64,000 bases of DNA from Oscillospiraceae bacterium (lineage in GTDB: Bacteria; Bacillota; Clostridia; Oscillospirales; Oscillospiraceae), in NCBI GenBank assembly GCA_017516065.1, contig JAFWDQ010000024.1, positions 2,968 to 66,967 of the forward strand, read 5' to 3'. The notes beneath the pieces were generated by a model. That model did no database searches, had not been told where the DNA came from, and was given only the letters and a program-made list of their open reading frames with translations. Position 1 is the stretch's first letter, and the number at the start of each line of letters is the position of its first letter. Shown piece after piece: positions 61,112 through 64,000 of this stretch. A program made the position numbers and the translations under genes.

Positions 61112-62770
61112 TCAGACCTCGATGAGCACCGGCAGGATCATGGGGCTGCGCTTGGTCTTCTTGTAGAGGTAGCCGGACAGGTCGTTTTTGATGGTGGATT
61201 TGATGGTGGCCCAGTCGCTGATATTGCTGTTCCAGCAGCGGTCCAGGGCCTCCAGAGTGACGGTGCGCAGCTCCTCGATGAGGGCCTCGGACTCCTTGAC
61301 ATAGACGAAGCCCCGGGTGATGATGTCCGGCCCGGAAATGACGGAGCCGTCCTCGGAGGACAGGTTCACCACCACCACCAGCATGCCGTCCTGGGCGAGA
61401 TGCTTCCGGTCCCGGAGCACCACGCTGCCCACGTCGCCGATGACGCTGCCGTCCACCAGGATCCGGCCGGAGGGCACGGTGCCGTTTTTCTTCATGCTCT
61501 TTGCCGTCAGCTCCACCACGTCGCCGATGTTGCAGATGAGGATATTGGCGGGAGCCATGCCCATCTCCTGGGCCAGTCCCGCGTGGATCTTCAGATGGCG
61601 GTGCTCGCCGTGGACGGGAATGAAGAATTTCGGTTTGACCAGAGCGTGGATGATCTTCAGCTCCTCCCGGGAGGCGTGGCCGGACACGTGGATGTCCGCC
61701 AGCCGGGTGTTGAACACCTCCGCGTCCTTCCGGAACAGCTCGTTGACCACGTTGCTGACCATCTTCTCGTTGCCGGGGATGGCGGAGGCGGAGATGATGA
61801 TCCGGTCGCCGGCCTGGATGTCCACCTGCTTGTGGGTGGAGAAGGCCATGCGGTACAGGGCGGACATGACCTCGCCCTGACTGCCGGTGGTGATCAGGCA
61901 GATCTTGTCCGGGGGCAGGTCCTTGATCTGGTTGAGGTCCACCAAGGTGTTTTTCGGGATCTCCATGTAGCCCAGCTCCGTGGACACCCGCATGACGTTC
62001 TCGATGCTGCGGCCGGTGACGGCCACCTTGCGGTCATATCGGGCGGCCACGTCGATGACCTGCTGGATCCGGTCCACGTTGGACGCAAAGGTGGTGACGA
62101 TGATGCGCTGGGTACAGCCCTTGAACAGGGCGTCAAAGCTCTCGCCCACCGTCCGCTCCGAGGAGCTGTAGCCGGGCCGGGCCACGTTGGTGGAGTCCGC
62201 CAGCAGGGCCAGCACGCCCTTTTTGCCCAGCTCGCCGAAGCGGGTCAGGTCGATCATACTGCCCTTGATGGGCGTAGGGTCGATCTTGAAGTCGCCGGTG
62301 TGGATCACCACGCCCACGGGGGTGTGGATGGCGAAGGACACGGAGTCGGCGATGGAGTGGTTGATATGGATGAATTCCACGTTGAATTTACCCACCGGGA
62401 CCGTCTCTCCCGCCTCCACCGTGTGGATCTCCGCCGTGTCCAGCAGACGGGCCTCCTCCAGCTTCAGCCGGACCAGCCCCGCCGTCATACGGGTGGCGTA
62501 GATGGGCACGTTCAGCGCCTGGAACACATAGGGGATGGCGCCGATATGGTCCTCATGGCCGTGGGTCAGGAAGATGCCCCGAATGCGGTCCATATTGTTG
62601 ACCAGATAATTGATGTCGGGGATGACCACGTCGATGCCGTACATGTCATCCTCGGGGAAGCCCATGCCGCAGTCGACGATGATGATGTCGCGGCCGTATT
62701 CGTAGACCGTCATGTTCTTGCCGATCTCGCCCAGGCCGCCCAGGGGAATGATCTTCAGTTTTTCTGCCAT
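61112..62770 (-). CDS. rnj: ribonuclease J
   Basis: Metallo-beta-lactamase motif FLTHGHEDHIGA, a beta-CASP domain and HVSGHASREEL. Confidence 0.96.
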   Translation of the reverse strand: MAEKLKIIPLGGLGEIGKNMTVYEYGRDIIIVDCGMGFPEDDMYGIDVVIPDINYLVNNMDRIRGIFLTHGHEDHIGAIPYVFQALNVPIYATRMTAGLVRLKLEEARLLDTAEIHTVEAGETVPVGKFNVEFIHINHSIADSVSFAIHTPVGVVIHTGDFKIDPTPIKGSMIDLTRFGELGKKGVLALLADSTNVARPGYSSSERTVGESFDALFKGCTQRIIVTTFASNVDRIQQVIDVAARYDRKVAVTGRSIENVMRVSTELGYMEIPKNTLVDLNQIKDLPPDKICLITTGSQGEVMSALYRMAFSTHKQVDIQAGDRIIISASAIPGNEKMVSNVVNELFRKDAEVFNTRLADIHVSGHASREELKIIHALVKPKFFIPVHGEHRHLKIHAGLAQEMGMAPANILICNIGDVVELTAKSMKKNGTVPSGRILVDGSVIGDVGSVVLRDRKHLAQDGMLVVVVNLSSEDGSVISGPDIITRGFVYVKESEALIEELRTVTLEALDRCWNSNISDWATIKSTIKNDLSGYLYKKTKRSPMILPVLIEV

Positions 62771-63042
62771 TCTATTAACTCCTTATTCTGCTTCCCGCAG
62801 CGCGGCAAAGCGCCGCAGCACACCGCTCCCCCGCTCCGGCCCTGTATCGCCGGAGCCCTTGAGGGCGGCTCTCCTGCGGGGTAATCTCTGTCTTGTTTTA
62901 TGCTGGGGGTCGTACTGCCTCGCGATCCCGGCAGGCAGATTTGATTTTTTTATTTTACTACATAAAATCGGTTTTGTACACTGTTTTTTGTCGAAGGCCA
63001 TAATACCTGCCCCGGTGCCGCAAAAAAAATGAGAAAAAGCTC

Positions 63043-63071
63043 TTGCAAAACTCGCCGCGCTGTGGTAATAT
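63043..63071 (+). promoter_or_regulatory. sigma-A promoter of secG
   Basis: TTGCAA (63043-48), 17 nt, TAATAT (63066-71). Confidence 0.6.
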
Positions 63072-63115
63072 ACATTTTACACTATGAGTTCATTAACAGA
63101 AGGGATAGAAGCCTC

Positions 63116-63355
63116 ATGCTGAAAATCGTACTGTCCGTCATCCAGGTGCTGCTGTGCCTGTTCCTGATCTTCGTCGTCCTGCTCCAGTCGGGCAAGAGCG
63201 CCGGCCTCTCCGGTGCCATCGCCGGCGGTATGGACTCCTTTGTGTCCAACAAGGCAAAGGCCCGTTCCATCGACGCCAAGCTGGCCAAGTACACCAAGTA
63301 CGTGGCTCTGGTCTTTGTTATCATGACGCTGATCCTCAACTTCCTCCCCACCTGA
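63116..63355 (+). CDS. secG: preprotein translocase subunit SecG
   Basis: MLKIVLSVIQVLLCLFLIFVVLLQSGKSAGLSGAIAGG..., about 79 aa with two TM helices. Confidence 0.9.
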   Translation: MLKIVLSVIQVLLCLFLIFVVLLQSGKSAGLSGAIAGGMDSFVSNKAKARSIDAKLAKYTKYVALVFVIMTLILNFLPT

Positions 63356-63365
63356 TTTTGTCTTT

Positions 63366-63398
63366 CCGCCGCCTCCGGTCCCCGGAGGCGGTTTTTTT
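63366..63398 (+). terminator. intrinsic terminator of secG
   Basis: CCGCCTCCGG-TCC-CCGGAGGCGG, followed by a 7-T run. Confidence 0.85.
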
Positions 63399-63530
63399 AT
63401 CGGGCCGTTTCGCCCCCTTCCTTCGCCCTGCCCAGGGCGGCGGAACAAATTTTTCAGGGCTTTCGTGTTTAAAACAAAAAAACACCGTCCATCCTGTTAG
63501 GGAGAACCTGACGGAAAGGACGGTGCTTTT

Positions 63531-64000
63531 TATGACACCCTGGATACGACGGGCGGGAGTCCTGCTGATCCTGCTGGGTCTGGCGGGTCTGTTCCTCACC
63601 GGCGCCGCGGCGGAGCGGGCCCGGGCAGCTCTGGAGGACGAGCTCATCCGCATCCATATCGTAGCCGCCTCCGACTCGCCGGAGGATCAGGCCCGAAAGC
63701 TGCTGGTCCGGGATCGGATCCTCACGGAGCTCTCTCCCCTGCTGGCGGACTGCGGCACCGCCGCCGAGGCGCAGGCGGTCCTGCTGGAGGCCCTGCCGGA
63801 CCTGGCCGCCGCCGCGGAGGAAGTCCTCCGGGAGGCCGGCTGTACGGACGCCGTGACGGCGTCGCTGGCCGTGGAGGCGTTCCCCACCCGGGACTACGAG
63901 GGCTTCTCTCTCCCCGCCGGGCGCTATACGGCTCTGCGGCTGGTCATCGGGGACGGCGGAGGACACAACTGGTGGTGCGTGGCCTTCCCGCCCCTCTGTC
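63531..64000 (+). CDS. spoIIR: stage II sporulation protein R (partial, runs off window end)
   Basis: My translation is MTPWIRRAGVLLILLGLAGLFLTG...ELIRIHIVAASDSPEDQARKLLVRDRIL...FPTRDYEGFSLPAGRYTALRLVIGDGGGHNWWCVAFPPLC. IRxHVxAxSD and GxNWWCV are SpoIIR hallmarks. Absent from the ORF track because no stop is in the window. Confidence 0.88.

Noticed and set aside
63469-63530. Searched for a sigma-F type promoter upstream of spoIIR.
   Set aside because: I could not find a convincing match by eye to the forespore sigma consensus. There is only a hairpin, CACCGTCC-N28-GGACGGTG, close to the ATG. Not reported as a feature.

Overview
GC-rich chromosomal core region of a spore-forming Firmicute. 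The gene content and order look like Clostridia/Oscillospiraceae: spoIIR, a SpoVD-like PBP, and a yabM-mazG-hup-yabO arrangement. I call about 69 protein genes and a five-tRNA operon (Gly-Arg-His-Gln-Lys). The largest block is a minus-strand dcw cell-division cluster: mraZ-rsmH-ftsL-PBP-murE-mraY-ftsW-murG-murA-ftsQ-ftsZ, with no ftsA, murD, murF or murC. Other genes include tsaEB, upp, tadA, corA, ftsEX with an M23 peptidase, two OmpR/histidine-kinase pairs, an ECF sigma/anti-sigma pair, dusB, hemW, punA, proA, htrA, ispE, rnj and secG. No integrase, transposase, CRISPR array or classic defence island is visible. The most unusual signal is non-coding. A family of palindromic modules is shared between at least five intergenic regions, in both orientations. 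One copy lies inside the dcw operon and one region is a roughly 0.9-kb gene-free island (39201-40123). Secondary leads:
- a lipoprotein barnase homologue with intact catalytic residues and no visible barstar
- an orphan CofE/F420-ligase-like gene under a divergent LysR regulator
- two near-consensus promoters that drive no ORF (candidate small or antisense RNAs)
- an AsnC-aminotransferase-ApgM-like-DUF1015-like-ispE gene string.
Many very long ORFs in the track are antisense artefacts of the high GC content and were rejected. All calls come from reading the sequence and translations by eye. No searches were run, and promoter and structure calls are approximate.
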